A stretch of DNA of 64,000 nucleotides from an uncultured delta proteobacterium. Its GTDB lineage: Bacteria > Desulfobacterota > WTBG01. Location of the stretch: positions 576,001 through 640,000 of the forward strand of contig CAWCBP010000001.1 of the NCBI GenBank assembly GCA_963793865.1, in the 5' to 3' direction. This document shows, in pieces, positions 9,614 to 23,123 of the stretch. A model generated the notes under the pieces. That model did not search any database. It saw nothing but the letters and a program-made list of their open reading frames with translations, and was not told where the DNA came from. A program made the position numbers and the translations under genes. Each line of letters begins with the position of its first letter. Position 1 is the stretch's first letter.

Positions 9614-10149
9614 GCTGGATTGGCGCCAGACGATACGCAAAGGCACTTATGGATATCGGTGTTGATAGGGGCACCTACCAGCAGTATGCCGGCGAGTTAG
9701 CGACGGTTCAGGCAACCATAGGAAAAGCCCCTTTGCTGAAGGCGACGCTTTTAAACCGCTCTTTTTCAAACCGTTCCAAGCAGGATTTAATGCGGAAGGT
9801 GTTTACGGAGGAGGGCTTTTCGGAAGTGGTGATTAACTTTATTGCCTTACTGGTTAAGCATGACCGGCTTCAGCAGCTTCCGCTTATCATCAGGCACTAT
9901 GGAGATCTTATTGACGAGGTTGAAGGCCGGGTCAGGGTAACCGTTTACTCAGTGTATCCCCTTGACGCTGCGGAGGTGAGCGCGTTGAAAACAGCCCTGG
10001 AAGGGACGCTGAATAAAAAGAGTGTAGTTGAAAATAACATTGACCAGACGCTCATTGGCGGCATTGTGCTGAAGCTGAACAACATGCTTATCGACAGTTC
10101 AGTCCGAAGCCAGCTCCGCCGGTTGGGCGAAACACTAAGGAAGGAATGA
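9610..10149 (+). CDS. atpH: F1 subunit delta
   Basis: [12 protein letters not shown] and IDSSVRSQL motifs. Confidence 0.93.
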   Translation: MSWIGARRYAKALMDIGVDRGTYQQYAGELATVQATIGKAPLLKATLLNRSFSNRSKQDLMRKVFTEEGFSEVVINFIALLVKHDRLQQLPLIIRHYGDLIDEVEGRVRVTVYSVYPLDAAEVSALKTALEGTLNKKSVVENNIDQTLIGGIVLKLNNMLIDSSVRSQLRRLGETLRKE

Positions 10150-11663
10150 GCATGGCAGAATTAAAGGCGGACGAGATCAGCCAAATCATTCGAAGGCAGA
10201 TTGAAGGGTATGATAACCAGGCTGAACTCAGCGAAACGGGAACGGTGCTTTCGGTCGGTGATGGCATTGCCCGGATTTATGGTTTGGAAAAGGCGATGGC
10301 CGGGGAGTTACTGGAATTTCCGGGTGACCTTTTTGGATTGGTTCTCAACCTTGAAGAAGACAATGTGGGGGCGGCCCTCCTGGGAGAGGACATAAAAATC
10401 AAGGAGGGTGACCTGGTAAAGAGAACCCATCGTATTGCCGAAGTCCCGGTAGGAGAGGAGCTGGTGGGCAGGGTTGTCGACGCAATCGGGAAGCCCATCG
10501 ATGGTAAAGGCCCTATCGCAGCAAAGCATTTTGGACCCATAGAACGCAGGGCCCCCGGGGTTGTGGCGCGGCTTCCGGTGCGGGAGGCGCTGCAAACCGG
10601 GTTAAAGGCCATCGATTCCATGATTCCCATAGGCCGCGGCCAGCGTGAACTCATCATAGGAGACCGACAGACAGGAAAGACGGCCATAGCCATTGACGCG
10701 ATCATTAACCAGAAGGGTGGCGACGTACGCTGCATCTATGTGGCAATCGGCCAGAAGCGATCCACTGTTGCCCGTGTGGTTGACACCCTGGAGCGTTTCG
10801 GCGCCATGGCCTATACAACGGTTGTGGTGGCAACGGCAAGCGAGCCGGCGCCGCTCCAATACATTGCCCCTTACGCAGGGTGTGCAATGGGAGAATATTT
10901 CCGGGATAATGGAGGCCATGCGCTTACCATCTATGATGACCTTTCAAAGCATGCGGCGGCATACCGTCAGCTTTCCCTCCTGCTCAGAAGACCCCCGGGA
11001 CGGGAAGCCTATCCGGGCGATATATTCTATCTCCATTCCCGCCTTCTGGAACGGGCGGCCAAGCTGAACGAAAAGCTGGGATCAGGCTCACTCACATCAC
11101 TTCCTATTATCGAGACCCAGGCGGGTGACGTATCTGCCTACATTCCCACCAATGTTATCTCCATCACTGACGGGCAGATCTATTTAGAGCCCGGGCTTTT
11201 TTATGCCGGGATACGTCCTGCCATTAACGTGGGACTTTCAGTTTCACGAGTCGGTGGAAATGCCCAGATACGCGCCATGCGAAAGGTTGCGGGCACACTC
11301 AGGCTTGATTTGGCGCAATATCGAGAGATGGCGGCTTTTGCCCAGTTCGGCAGTGAACTGGATAAGGCCACCCAGGCCCAGTTGGCGCGCGGAAGCCGTC
11401 TGGTTGAAATTCTGAAGCAACCGCAGTATAAGCCATTGTCGATTGAGAAACAGGTGCTCATCATCTATGCCGGTACCAATGGCTACTTGGACAGCTTTCC
11501 CGAGGCATCCCTCAGAAAATACGAAGATGAACTCTTTACCTTCGTGTACGACAAGTATCCGGAAGTGGCGCGGGAAATCAAAGAGAAAAAGGAGATCGGC
11601 TCAGCGCTTCAGGGCAAGCTGGACGAGGTCTTGAAAGAGTTCAACGCTATTTTTAAGGCATAG
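10146..11663 (+). CDS. atpA: F1 subunit alpha
   Basis: GDRQTGKT and [10 protein letters not shown] motifs. Confidence 0.99.
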   Translation: MSMAELKADEISQIIRRQIEGYDNQAELSETGTVLSVGDGIARIYGLEKAMAGELLEFPGDLFGLVLNLEEDNVGAALLGEDIKIKEGDLVKRTHRIAEVPVGEELVGRVVDAIGKPIDGKGPIAAKHFGPIERRAPGVVARLPVREALQTGLKAIDSMIPIGRGQRELIIGDRQTGKTAIAIDAIINQKGGDVRCIYVAIGQKRSTVARVVDTLERFGAMAYTTVVVATASEPAPLQYIAPYAGCAMGEYFRDNGGHALTIYDDLSKHAAAYRQLSLLLRRPPGREAYPGDIFYLHSRLLERAAKLNEKLGSGSLTSLPIIETQAGDVSAYIPTNVISITDGQIYLEPGLFYAGIRPAINVGLSVSRVGGNAQIRAMRKVAGTLRLDLAQYREMAAFAQFGSELDKATQAQLARGSRLVEILKQPQYKPLSIEKQVLIIYAGTNGYLDSFPEASLRKYEDELFTFVYDKYPEVAREIKEKKEIGSALQGKLDEVLKEFNAIFKA

Positions 11664-11674
11664 CTTACAGCACA

Positions 11675-13974
<2,300 letters not shown>

Positions 13975-14032
13975 GCGGCCGGTCGTTTCACAAGCCGCAA
14001 TGAGCAAACGTGCACAAGAGAGGTAGAGATTT

Positions 14033-14293
14033 ATGGCGGAAACGTTCCTGCTGGAGGTGGTCACGCCCCAGTCGGTAGTGGTCAGTGCGGATGTTGAGGA
14101 GATGAGCGCTCAGGGTGCGGAAGGTGAGTTTGGAGTGCTTCCCGGTCATACCTTCTTTTTCACGCGGATTACACCGGGTGCGCTCTCGTACCGGGTCCAA
14201 AGCAACGGACGCTCCCTCATGCTGGGCGAAGGATTCGCCGAAGTTACCCACGACCGGGTGACCATACTGGTTGACTCGGCACAGCAGCAGTAG
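14033..14293 (+). CDS. atpC: F1 subunit epsilon (N-terminal beta-sandwich only, 86 aa)
   Basis: LEVVTP and GEFGVLPGH motifs; ends after VTILVD. Confidence 0.9.
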   Translation: MAETFLLEVVTPQSVVVSADVEEMSAQGAEGEFGVLPGHTFFFTRITPGALSYRVQSNGRSLMLGEGFAEVTHDRVTILVDSAQQQ

Positions 14294-14514
14294 TGCCGGA
14301 TTCGAGTTGTGTCCGAAGCATCCATCGGGCCGGCGGTGCATCCGTGATACCAGCAGATTTAATGCCTTTTTAATCAAAAGCTTATAAGGAAAGCATAATT
14401 TACAATATAGCTTTTGTGACCTGTCTGCTTCCACAATTTGATCAAACGTAAGAAGACCTGTTTCCTCCCTGCTTTAAGCCCCGATATTTTTTCCATACAT
14501 GGCAGATATTTTTG

Positions 14515-14562
14515 TTGACAAAGCTTTGAATCGGGCTTATTAAAGCGATACGATGCGTATCG
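14515..14562 (+). promoter_or_regulatory. Promoter with overlapping palindromic operator candidate for the RND operon TetR
   Basis: TTGACA-N17-TATTAA, then perfect 7-3-7 inverted repeat CGATACG-ATG-CGTATCG (14546-14562). Confidence 0.65.
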
Positions 14563-14621
14563 TTTAGCTTTTTGCCTGAAATGTTTGCTTCTGTTTTTGA
14601 AGACGTTGGGCAATCACTGCC

Positions 14622-15844
14622 ATGCACCCAAAATACCGCTCGGGACAAATGCGTATGTACATTGCAAAAAAATCGTGGTCCGGAAAAATTATCCTGCCGG
14701 CGCTTTTCGTTCTGGCCGGCGCTGCGTGCAACGGTTCAAACAGGGGCAATCAAGCCCCTCCGCCTCCGCTGGTTGAAATCATGGACGTTACGCTTCAGGA
14801 TGTGGACTGGGAGCCGGAGTTCATCGGTCAGGCAGCCGGCTTCCTTGAAGTCGAGATCCGCGCCCGCGTCGGGGGCATTCTTGAAAAGCGCATTTTTGAG
14901 GAAGGCCAGTTTGTCAAACAGGGAACGCAGCTTTTTCAGATCGATCCCGTGCCCTACAAAATAGTTCTTGAACGATCAAAGGGCGTTCTTGCGCAGGCGG
15001 AGGCCAATCAGGAGCGGACCCGCCGTGAGTATGTGCGGGTTGCCGCGCTCTTTGAGGAGGACGCGGTAAGCGAAAAGGAGCTCGATGAGGCGGAGATGGC
15101 CTTCAAGGCGGCTGCGGCCGATCTGCAGGTTGCCCGGGCAAACCTGCATGATGCAGAAGTGAAGCTTGAGTATACTCGCGTGGATGCCCCGATTTCGGGA
15201 ATTGTGCGCAAGGAATCCTGTTCGGTGGGAACGCTGGTCACCACAACCGCCGAAGGGAGTCTCCTCACCACCATGGTGCAGGTGGATCCCCTGTATATCA
15301 ACTTTTCGGTTCCCGGACCTGACTTTGCCCGGGTGCGGCAGTTGATACAGAGCGGTGCCATTTCCAGGCCCGGGGAAAACAGCTGGTAACCATCGTCTAC
15401 CCTGACGGCAGGCTTCATCCCCAGCCGGGCGCAATTGTCTTTACCGACAGCTCTGAGGACCCGAAGACGGCCACCATCCGCGCCAAGGTTGAGCTGCCCA
15501 ACCCCGATTCGCAGCTTATGCCCGGTCAGTTCGTGCGTGTGCGGCTTAAGGGGCTGCAGCTTAAGCATGTGCTGCTCATACCCCGGCAGGCCATATTTAC
15601 CACCCAGCAGGGCCCGTCAGTATATGTGCTTGACAAGGACATGAAGGCCGGGATGCGGCAGATCACCGAGCAGTTTTCCCTGGGAAAGCAGACGATCATT
15701 TCAGCGGGACTCCGTGAGGGTGATCGCATCATCACTGCGGGCATGATGAAGGTGCAGCCCGGTGCCACGGTGCGCGAGGCCTCTGCCGCGGACGTGCAGG
15801 CACAGCAGCAAGCAACCGCCGCTGCAGAAAAGAAGGAGTTCTGA
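14622..15844 (+). CDS. acrA: RND efflux periplasmic adaptor (AcrA/MexA family), frameshifted near 15375
   Basis: VEIRARVGG and APISG motifs. Adding one base in the GGGGAAAA run joins the two ORFs (QLVTIVYPDG...PNPDSQLMPGQFVRV). Confidence 0.9.
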
Positions 15845-18800
15845 TGATATCGCGTTTTTTTATTGACCGGCCTATTTTTGCCAGCGTCATCTCGCTGCTT
15901 TTCATTCTTGCCGGTTTCCTTGCCCTCATTTCGCTTCCCATAGCCCAGTATCCGGAGCTCGTCCCGCCATCGGTATCGGTCAGTGCCACATACACCGGCG
16001 CCAGCGCCGAGGTGGTTGCCCAAACGGTGGCGGCGCCCCTTGAGCAGGCCATCAACGGGGTTGATGACATGATCTACATGAGTTCGCTTTCATCAAGCGA
16101 CGGCAAGCTGCAGCTCAATGTTACCTTTGCCGTGGGTACCGACCCCAATCAGGCGACCATCGATGTCAATAACCGCGTGCAGACGGTGATGTCCACACTT
16201 CCGGAAGATGTGCGGCGGTTCGGCGTGACCGTCGAGGAAAAATCCCCCACCGTGCTTATGGTGGTGACCCTCTTCTCGCCGGGCGGCATTTACGACACCA
16301 CCTATCTCAGCAATTACGCCCTCATAAACATTATTGACGATTTAAAGCGCATTCCCGGGGTGGGAGAGGCATGGATGTTCGGCGCACGCGATTATTCCAT
16401 CCGCATCTGGCTCAAGCCGGACAAGATGGCGCAGCTGGGGCTTAACGCGGAGGATGTGGCATCGGCAGTGCGCGCGCAGAACATGCAATATGCCGCCGGC
16501 AAGCTTGGCCAGCCCCCGGTGGGAGATGATACCGGGCGTGTGTACTCTCTGATCGTGCGGGGCCGGCTTGACAATCCCGAACAGTTTGGCGACATTATTC
16601 TGCGCTCCAATCCGGACGGCAGCAGCCTTAAGCTCAAGGATGTGGCAACGGTGGAGCTGGGGGCGCTGGTCTATGAGTTTACCGGCAAGATCAACGGTGC
16701 CCTTTCAGTACCTGTTGTCATCAATCTATCCTCGGGGGCAAACGCCATTGCAACTGCCGACGCGGTGATCGAGCGGATGAACGAATTATCCAAACGCTTT
16801 CCACCGGGGGTGGTTTATACCGTCCCCCACGACACCACCACCTTCGTGCGCATATCGATAAAAGAGGTGATGTTTACCCTGTTCGAGGCGGTACTGCTGG
16901 TATTTTTCATCGTTTTTGTTTTCTTAAAGAGTCTGCGAGCGACCTTGATCCCCTGTCTTGCCGTGCCGGTTTCCATCATCGGCGCCTTCGCCGGAATGTA
17001 TGCTTTCGGGTTTTCGATCAATACCCTGACGCTGTTCGGGCTGGTTCTGGCGATCGGCATCGTGGTTGATGACGCTATCGTGGTGATTGAGAACGTGGAG
17101 CGGATCATGCGCGCCGAGGGGCTCCCTCCCCGCGAGGCCACCATCAAGGCCATGACACAGGTCACCGGGCCCATCATCGCCATCGTGCTGGTGCTGTGCG
17201 CCGTCTTTGTGCCGGTGGCCTTTATGGGAGGGCTTGCCGGAACCATGTACCGGCAGTTTGCCATCACCATCAGCATCTCGGTGATCATATCGGGCATTGT
17301 CGCCCTTACCCTTACACCGGCGCTTTCGGCACTGCTCATCAAGCCCGGCCACGGAAGCGGGCTGCTTGAGAAATTCGATACCTGGTTCAGCTTCAGCACC
17401 TCCCGGTATGTCAGGGCGGTTGCCGTGGTAGTCCGTCATGCGCCCGCCGCGCTGGTCGTCTTTTTTCTCATGGCCGGGCTGACGCTTTTCCTTTTTTTAA
17501 AAGTTCCGGGCAGCCTCATCCCCGAAGAAGACCAGGCCAAGCTTTTCGCCTTCGCCACCCTTGATGAAGGGGCATCGCTCAAGCGGGCCGAGCGCGCCAT
17601 GGACGCGTTTGAGAAAATTGTGCTTTCCCATCCCCTGATGGCAAGCATTCAAACCTTTGCCGGCTTCGACATGCTTTCCGGGGCCATGAAAAACAACTCG
17701 GGATCGGCCTTCATGAACACGTTGCACTGGGATGAACGTTCAGGGGCTGCGCAGTCGGCTGAGGCCATTGCCCTTGATCTGATGCGGGAGGCAGATGCGA
17801 CCATAGCCGATGCCCGGTTTATCGTGTTCAGCCCTCCGCCGATCATCGGCATGAGCCTCACCGGTGGATTTGAAGGCTATATCCAGAACCGCGGTGACGG
17901 CACCAGCGAGGACCTCGCCCGTGAATTATCAAACTTTATCACGGCCGCAACGGCCCGGCCGGAGATCGGGCGCATCACCACCACCTTTCGCGCGTCAACG
18001 CCGCAGTATATGGTGGAGGCGGATCTGGAAAAGGCTTACGCCCTGGGTGTTACCAAGGACATGCTCTTCACCACCATGCAGTCCACCTTCGGCGCATATT
18101 ATATAAATGACTTCAATAAGTCGGGGCGCACCTTCCGGGTGATGATGCAGTCGGGAGCGTCGTTCCGCAGCCTGCCGGATAATCTGCGGGAGGTGTTCCT
18201 GAGATCGGCATCCGGCCAGATGATTCCGCTTTCATCGCTGGTGCGGCTCGACCCGATCATCGGCCCGGATATCGTGGAACGGTTCAATGTGTTCCCGGCC
18301 GGAAAAATTGTGGGGGCGCCAGCCCCGGGATTCAGCACCGGCCAGGCCATAGCGGCGCTGGAGGAGATCAGTCTGAAGAATCTTCCCGAGGACTACACCC
18401 TTGCCTGGACCGGCAGCTCCTACCAGGAAAAGCTGGCGGGCAGCGCCTCCTTTCTCGCCTTCATCCTGGGTTTGATCGTGGTGTTTCTCATCCTGGCCGC
18501 GCAGTATGAAAGATGGTCGCTGCCCTTCGTGGTGCTTATCTCAGTTCCCTTTGCCATGTTCGGCGCAATAGGCTTTGTCTGGATGCGGGGGCTTCCCAAT
18601 GATGTGTATTTCCAGATAGCCCTGGTAACCCTGATCGGATTGTCGGCCAAAAACGCCATCCTGATTGTGGAATTTGCATTGAAAAAGCACGAGAGCGGGA
18701 TGCCCTTGGTGGAGGCAGCCATAGAGGCCGCGCGCCAGCGCTTCAGGCCCATCGTGATGACCTCCATGGCCTTTGTGCTCGGCTGCCTGCCGCTTGCCAT

Positions 18801-19008
18801 CGGCTCCGGCGCAGGCGCGGCCAGCCGGCATTCCATCGGGACCGGCGTCGTGGGAGGGATGCTGGCATCCACCTTTATCGCGACCTATTTCGTCCCGCTG
18901 TTTTTTGTGGGGATCATGCGCCTGACTGAAAAGCTTGCTGCCCTGAAAACCGTGGCTTTTATGCGCGCATCGGTACTGTCTGCGCGAAACAGCAAAGAGG
19001 GAAACTGA
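15844..19008 (+). CDS. acrB: HAE1 RND efflux permease (AcrB/MexB family)
   Basis: FFIDRPIFA, GIVVDDAIVVIENV, AKNAILIVEFA and RFRPIVMTS motifs. Confidence 0.97.
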   Translation: MISRFFIDRPIFASVISLLFILAGFLALISLPIAQYPELVPPSVSVSATYTGASAEVVAQTVAAPLEQAINGVDDMIYMSSLSSSDGKLQLNVTFAVGTDPNQATIDVNNRVQTVMSTLPEDVRRFGVTVEEKSPTVLMVVTLFSPGGIYDTTYLSNYALINIIDDLKRIPGVGEAWMFGARDYSIRIWLKPDKMAQLGLNAEDVASAVRAQNMQYAAGKLGQPPVGDDTGRVYSLIVRGRLDNPEQFGDIILRSNPDGSSLKLKDVATVELGALVYEFTGKINGALSVPVVINLSSGANAIATADAVIERMNELSKRFPPGVVYTVPHDTTTFVRISIKEVMFTLFEAVLLVFFIVFVFLKSLRATLIPCLAVPVSIIGAFAGMYAFGFSINTLTLFGLVLAIGIVVDDAIVVIENVERIMRAEGLPPREATIKAMTQVTGPIIAIVLVLCAVFVPVAFMGGLAGTMYRQFAITISISVIISGIVALTLTPALSALLIKPGHGSGLLEKFDTWFSFSTSRYVRAVAVVVRHAPAALVVFFLMAGLTLFLFLKVPGSLIPEEDQAKLFAFATLDEGASLKRAERAMDAFEKIVLSHPLMASIQTFAGFDMLSGAMKNNSGSAFMNTLHWDERSGAAQSAEAIALDLMREADATIADARFIVFSPPPIIGMSLTGGFEGYIQNRGDGTSEDLARELSNFITAATARPEIGRITTTFRASTPQYMVEADLEKAYALGVTKDMLFTTMQSTFGAYYINDFNKSGRTFRVMMQSGASFRSLPDNLREVFLRSASGQMIPLSSLVRLDPIIGPDIVERFNVFPAGKIVGAPAPGFSTGQAIAALEEISLKNLPEDYTLAWTGSSYQEKLAGSASFLAFILGLIVVFLILAAQYERWSLPFVVLISVPFAMFGAIGFVWMRGLPNDVYFQIALVTLIGLSAKNAILIVEFALKKHESGMPLVEAAIEAARQRFRPIVMTSMAFVLGCLPLAIGSGAGAASRHSIGTGVVGGMLASTFIATYFVPLFFVGIMRLTEKLAALKTVAFMRASVLSARNSKEGN

Positions 19009-19009
19009 T

Positions 19010-20435
19010 ATGCGTCTGCATTGCTTTTTCTTCCTCATGATCACCATGATGCTTGCCGGCTGCGCCATGGGACCTGATTATATCAAGCCGGAACTCGATC
19101 TTCCCGCTGCAGGCGATGCTGAATATTCTCAGATTGCACCCTTTACAGCGCTTGACTGGTGGAAGCTTTTTAATGATCCGACGCTTGACCGGATCGAGCT
19201 TGAAGCGCTTACATACAACCGTGACCTCAGGATTGCCATTGCCCGGGTTGATCAAGCCAGGGCAATGGCGCGCATGGCCTTTGCCGACAGGCTCCCGGCC
19301 ATAGGGCTCGGCGCCGACGCCGTCCGGGGCCGTGACACTGAGGAGCGCCGGGTGCCGGGGGAGAGCCGGACATCCGATTCCTTTGATGTACTGGGGCTTG
19401 CCTCATTTGAGCTGGATCTCTGGGGAAAATACCGGCGGCTTGACGAGGCGGCGCGGGCGGAGCTGCTGGCGACCGAGTCCGCACGCGATGCAGTCCGGCT
19501 GACGCTCACCGCTGATGTGGCCGCTCACTACTTCAGGCTGCGCACCCTGCAGGCCCAGACGCGCATAGCCCGTGAACAGCTTGCGACCTATGATACCAGC
19601 TGCGAGATGTACCGCAAGCGCTACAAATACGGCTACACCCAGGAGCTAGACCTGCGCAGGATCGAAGCCGACCGGCTGGCGACCGAGGCACTGGTGTATC
19701 AGCGGGAGAACGAACTTTCGCAGGCGGAAACCGCCCTTGCCATGCTTCTGGGACGCAGCCCGCGCGAGATTGTGAAAGGGTTTTCCGAAGAGGGCAAAAC
19801 ACTTGAAGAGCTCAACATTTTTCCGTCCATACCCGGTAACCTGCCCTCCGACCTTCTGGCCCGCCGTCCGGATATTCGTACTGCCGAAGGAACGCTCATG
19901 GCAGCAAATGCCCGCATCGGCGCTGCCCGTGCCGCGTTTTTTCCATCCATATCCCTGACCGGCGACTACGGGAATACCAGTTCGGATCTTCAGGACCTAT
20001 TCAGCTCCGGTGCGTATGTCTGGACGGCAGGGGCCGTTCTTTCACAGCCCATCTTTGAGGGTGGGCGCCTGTTTGCCCGGGAAAAGGCCGCGAGGGCCCA
20101 GCCGGGAGGAGATGCTCGCGCAGTATGAAATGACCGTGCAGAATGCCTTCAGGGAAGCCCGCGATGCCCTGGTTGCCGGCACAAAAACCGCCCAGGTGCT
20201 TCAGTCCTCGCTGGAGAGGGCCCAGGCCATGCGTCGCAGCCTTGAGCTTTCCCAGAGGCAGCACGCCCGCGGCTACATCAGCATCATCGACGTGCTGGAC
20301 ATACAGCGGCAGTCACTCCGGGCCGAACTCGATCTTTCGGCTGCCCGCCAGTACCAGCTTGATTCAGTCATAGCCCTGTGCAGAACGCTTGGAGGGGGCT
20401 GGCACGAGGAAACAGGATTCCCCTGGGAACCATAA
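19010..20435 (+). CDS. OprM/NodT family outer-membrane efflux lipoprotein, frameshifted near 20100
   Basis: Lipobox LAGC; ELDLWG, RRPDI and LGGGW motifs; one extra base separates the two ORFs. Confidence 0.92.
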
Positions 20436-20472
20436 AACCATAGTTTCCGGAATACATATGACAAGAGGCACC

Positions 20473-21088
20473 ATGCCAGCACAAAGCACATCGAAGCGCA
20501 GTCAAAAAAAATCTACCGGCTGCAGGCGCAATGCTGAAACCAGCAAGGCCATTCTCCAGGCGGCGGCGGCAATTCTTCAGGAAAAGGGATATGCCAATTT
20601 TACCATCGAGGAGGTTGCCCGCCGGTCGGGGGCATCCAAAAGCACCATATACCGGTGGTGGTCAAATAAGATGAGCCTGCTGTTTGACTGCTACGCCGGG
20701 GAATCAGAGAACGATGCTGGAGATCCCGAACTTCGGTAATGTGGAACAGGAGATCATTTGTATGGTCCGCTCCCTCTGGAAGTTCTGGCGGGAAACACCC
20801 AGCGGACAGGCATTCAGATTAATGATCGCCGAGGCGCAGACCGATCCCTCAACGGTTGCGGAGTGGCGATCCCACTTTCTGCCCGAGCGGCGCAAACTGC
20901 TCCTGTTCGTGCTACAGCGCGCGGCCGAACGCGGCGAACTTCGGCGGGATATCGACTTTGAGGCAGTAATGGATATCATGTTTGGTTACGCCTGGTACCG
21001 GCTTCTCACCGGCCAGATTGATGATGACCTGAAAGTCATAACCGCAATGGTGCGCGCGATCGTGCAGGGCATCACCCGCAAGGATTGA
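20473..21088 (+). CDS. TetR/AcrR family regulator, frameshifted near 20710
   Basis: HTH TIEEVARRSGASKSTIYRWW; C-terminal RAAERGELRRDID in the other frame. Confidence 0.88.
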
Positions 21089-21132
21089 GATGCGTTTTTC
21101 CAAGTAAAGTACAGTGCAGTTGTCTTACCCGC

Positions 21133-21162
21133 AAACCCTGCTACCCGATAGCAGCAGGGTTT
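21133..21162. terminator. Bidirectional terminator candidate
   Basis: AAACCCTGCT-loop-AGCAGGGTTT between convergent genes. Confidence 0.65.
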
Positions 21163-21241
21163 AACAACTGCCTGCTGAAGGGGCAGTGGAAAATGGAGAA
21201 GTATGGAAACTCCTCGATATAGATGTTGTTTGCCTTAAATA

Positions 21242-22620
21242 TTACTCGGTCACCTTTTCAATCATCGGCAAAACAGAATCTATAAGCTCTTTTACTTCCT
21301 CCTTAAACTCCTCATCCTCTTCCATTGCCTTTGTTATGGCGGGACCCCATTGGTAATAGAGTTTTATGAGTTCCCTGACCTTCTTGGGTGTTGCTGAGTA
21401 CATTGTCCCGGAAGTTTCTGAGAAGTATAGTTTCATTTGACTGATTACCGTAGATTGCTATTACTGGACATTTAGAATTTCTGTCACAAGCATCACCGGC
21501 ACCATCTGCCATCAGTATCTTCTTGTGTCAGGTTTGGGGTGTTGGGACAGTTATCACACACATCCCCTAATCCATCATCATCAGCATCTTCTTGATCAGC
21601 ATTTGGATCGTTAAGGCAGTTATCACATGCATCACCCCGATCGTCTTCGTCCGTATCTGCCTGGTCAGGATTATCAATACAGATGCAGCTGTCGTCCACA
21701 TTGGTGATTTGATCTCCATCAAAATCATCAGAACAAATAGCCTCCTGGTTTAAACTGCAAACTCCGTGCTCACCGCACTCATCGTTGGATGTGCATGTTG
21801 ATCCAACATCACCATTGAGGCAATCCATACATGTACCCAGATTCGGGCCATTGGCTATTTCAGGACAATTATCAGCGCTATCGGGAAGACCATCATTATC
21901 CTGGTCTAAATATGCGACTTCCTGTATTTCAGCCTCTGAAAGAACCCGATTATATACTCGGACATCATCAACAATTCCCAGGAAACGATTGGTCCACCCC
22001 TCAGCGAATGATCTTCCTATGTACATAATATTTGTCGGTCCACCAATAGAATCAGTATCAGTTGCAGAAAGCTCCAGTATGCCATCTATGTATAACTTTT
22101 TTTCATGGTTAAGATTACGGTTAATGATAACAGAGTGCCATTTACCATCTCCGTCAACCATACTCGTTGAAATCATGTCTTCGCTAAAATAAGAACCGAT
22201 TCTTGCCCTGATCTTACCATCTCCATTAGTAGCAATCTGTATTCCATTAAATCCAGGAAGGTTAGGGTTGTTCCATCCGAATAACGTATTCCACTGATCA
22301 TTTCTTGTCGTTGAGTTATACCACAGGGTAACCGTAACTGGTAAACTGATTGAGATCGGACCGACATTAATACAATCAGACGGTGTACCATTGAAGTAGA
22401 AAGCGCTATTTGAATTACCCATCCTGTCAGCAGTAAGGGTCGAACCATAAATCGTACCGTTATGCCCATTTCCGCTTTCGTCATTGGCATTGCCATTGAA
22501 GGGATAATAGGCAACTAATCCGCTGGATAGATCTGCTGATACTTTGGGGCCGCTGAAGAAAACCATAGAGACAATCAGGATACAAACAAGCATGCTACTT
22601 AAAAGTATTTTTGATTTCAT
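21242..22620 (-). CDS. Secreted LamG-domain / thrombospondin type-3 repeat protein with CFI-box-CTERM-like tail (two frameshifts, near 21510 and 21373)
   Basis: LVAYYPFNGNANDESGNG, DDVRVYNRVLS and DxDxDGxGDxCDNC repeats; tail recovered across three ORFs. Confidence 0.85.
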
Positions 22621-23123
22621 ATCAAAGTCTCCTTCCTGGATTGGTTCATAACTATACAAAAAAAGACTGCACAGCTATCACATCAGATAACTCATGCAGT
22701 CCTCATTAACTGCCACTTTCTGAAGCCCACATCTCGTTCCCCCCACAGCACTAACATGCAGACTTTCTCGATTTTAAAATATTTAATTAATCTTATATAA
22801 GAAAAAAAGAAAAAGCAATCAGGGAAACCCTGATTCTTTACTTCGAAAAACCTTATTTTATAGTCTGGTGCCAGCATTTTGTGGTAGCAAGAATGGGGAA
22901 CATATTGAATATTTTACCAAAATGTAAGACCCGCCGCATTGTTTCTTGCATTTTCAATCATGGTTAAAATGTAAGGGATGATTTGTTAACACTACAACCA
23001 TCTATACGTAACAGAAGATGACATCGTAATAATGAGTGCAACTGCTTATGTTCTGCAATCCATTTGAGTGGCAAAAAAATATTTGACTATTTATGCAATG
23101 CAAAGGGAGAACCTGGGACAGGA

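Noticed and set aside
14291..14347. Stop-codon readthrough extending atpC
   Set aside because: The downstream translation is short and does not resemble the epsilon C-terminal helices.
15370..15389. Programmed -1 frameshift at GGGGAAAAC
   Set aside because: The heptamer is not in the required phase, and many similar indels elsewhere point to sequence error.
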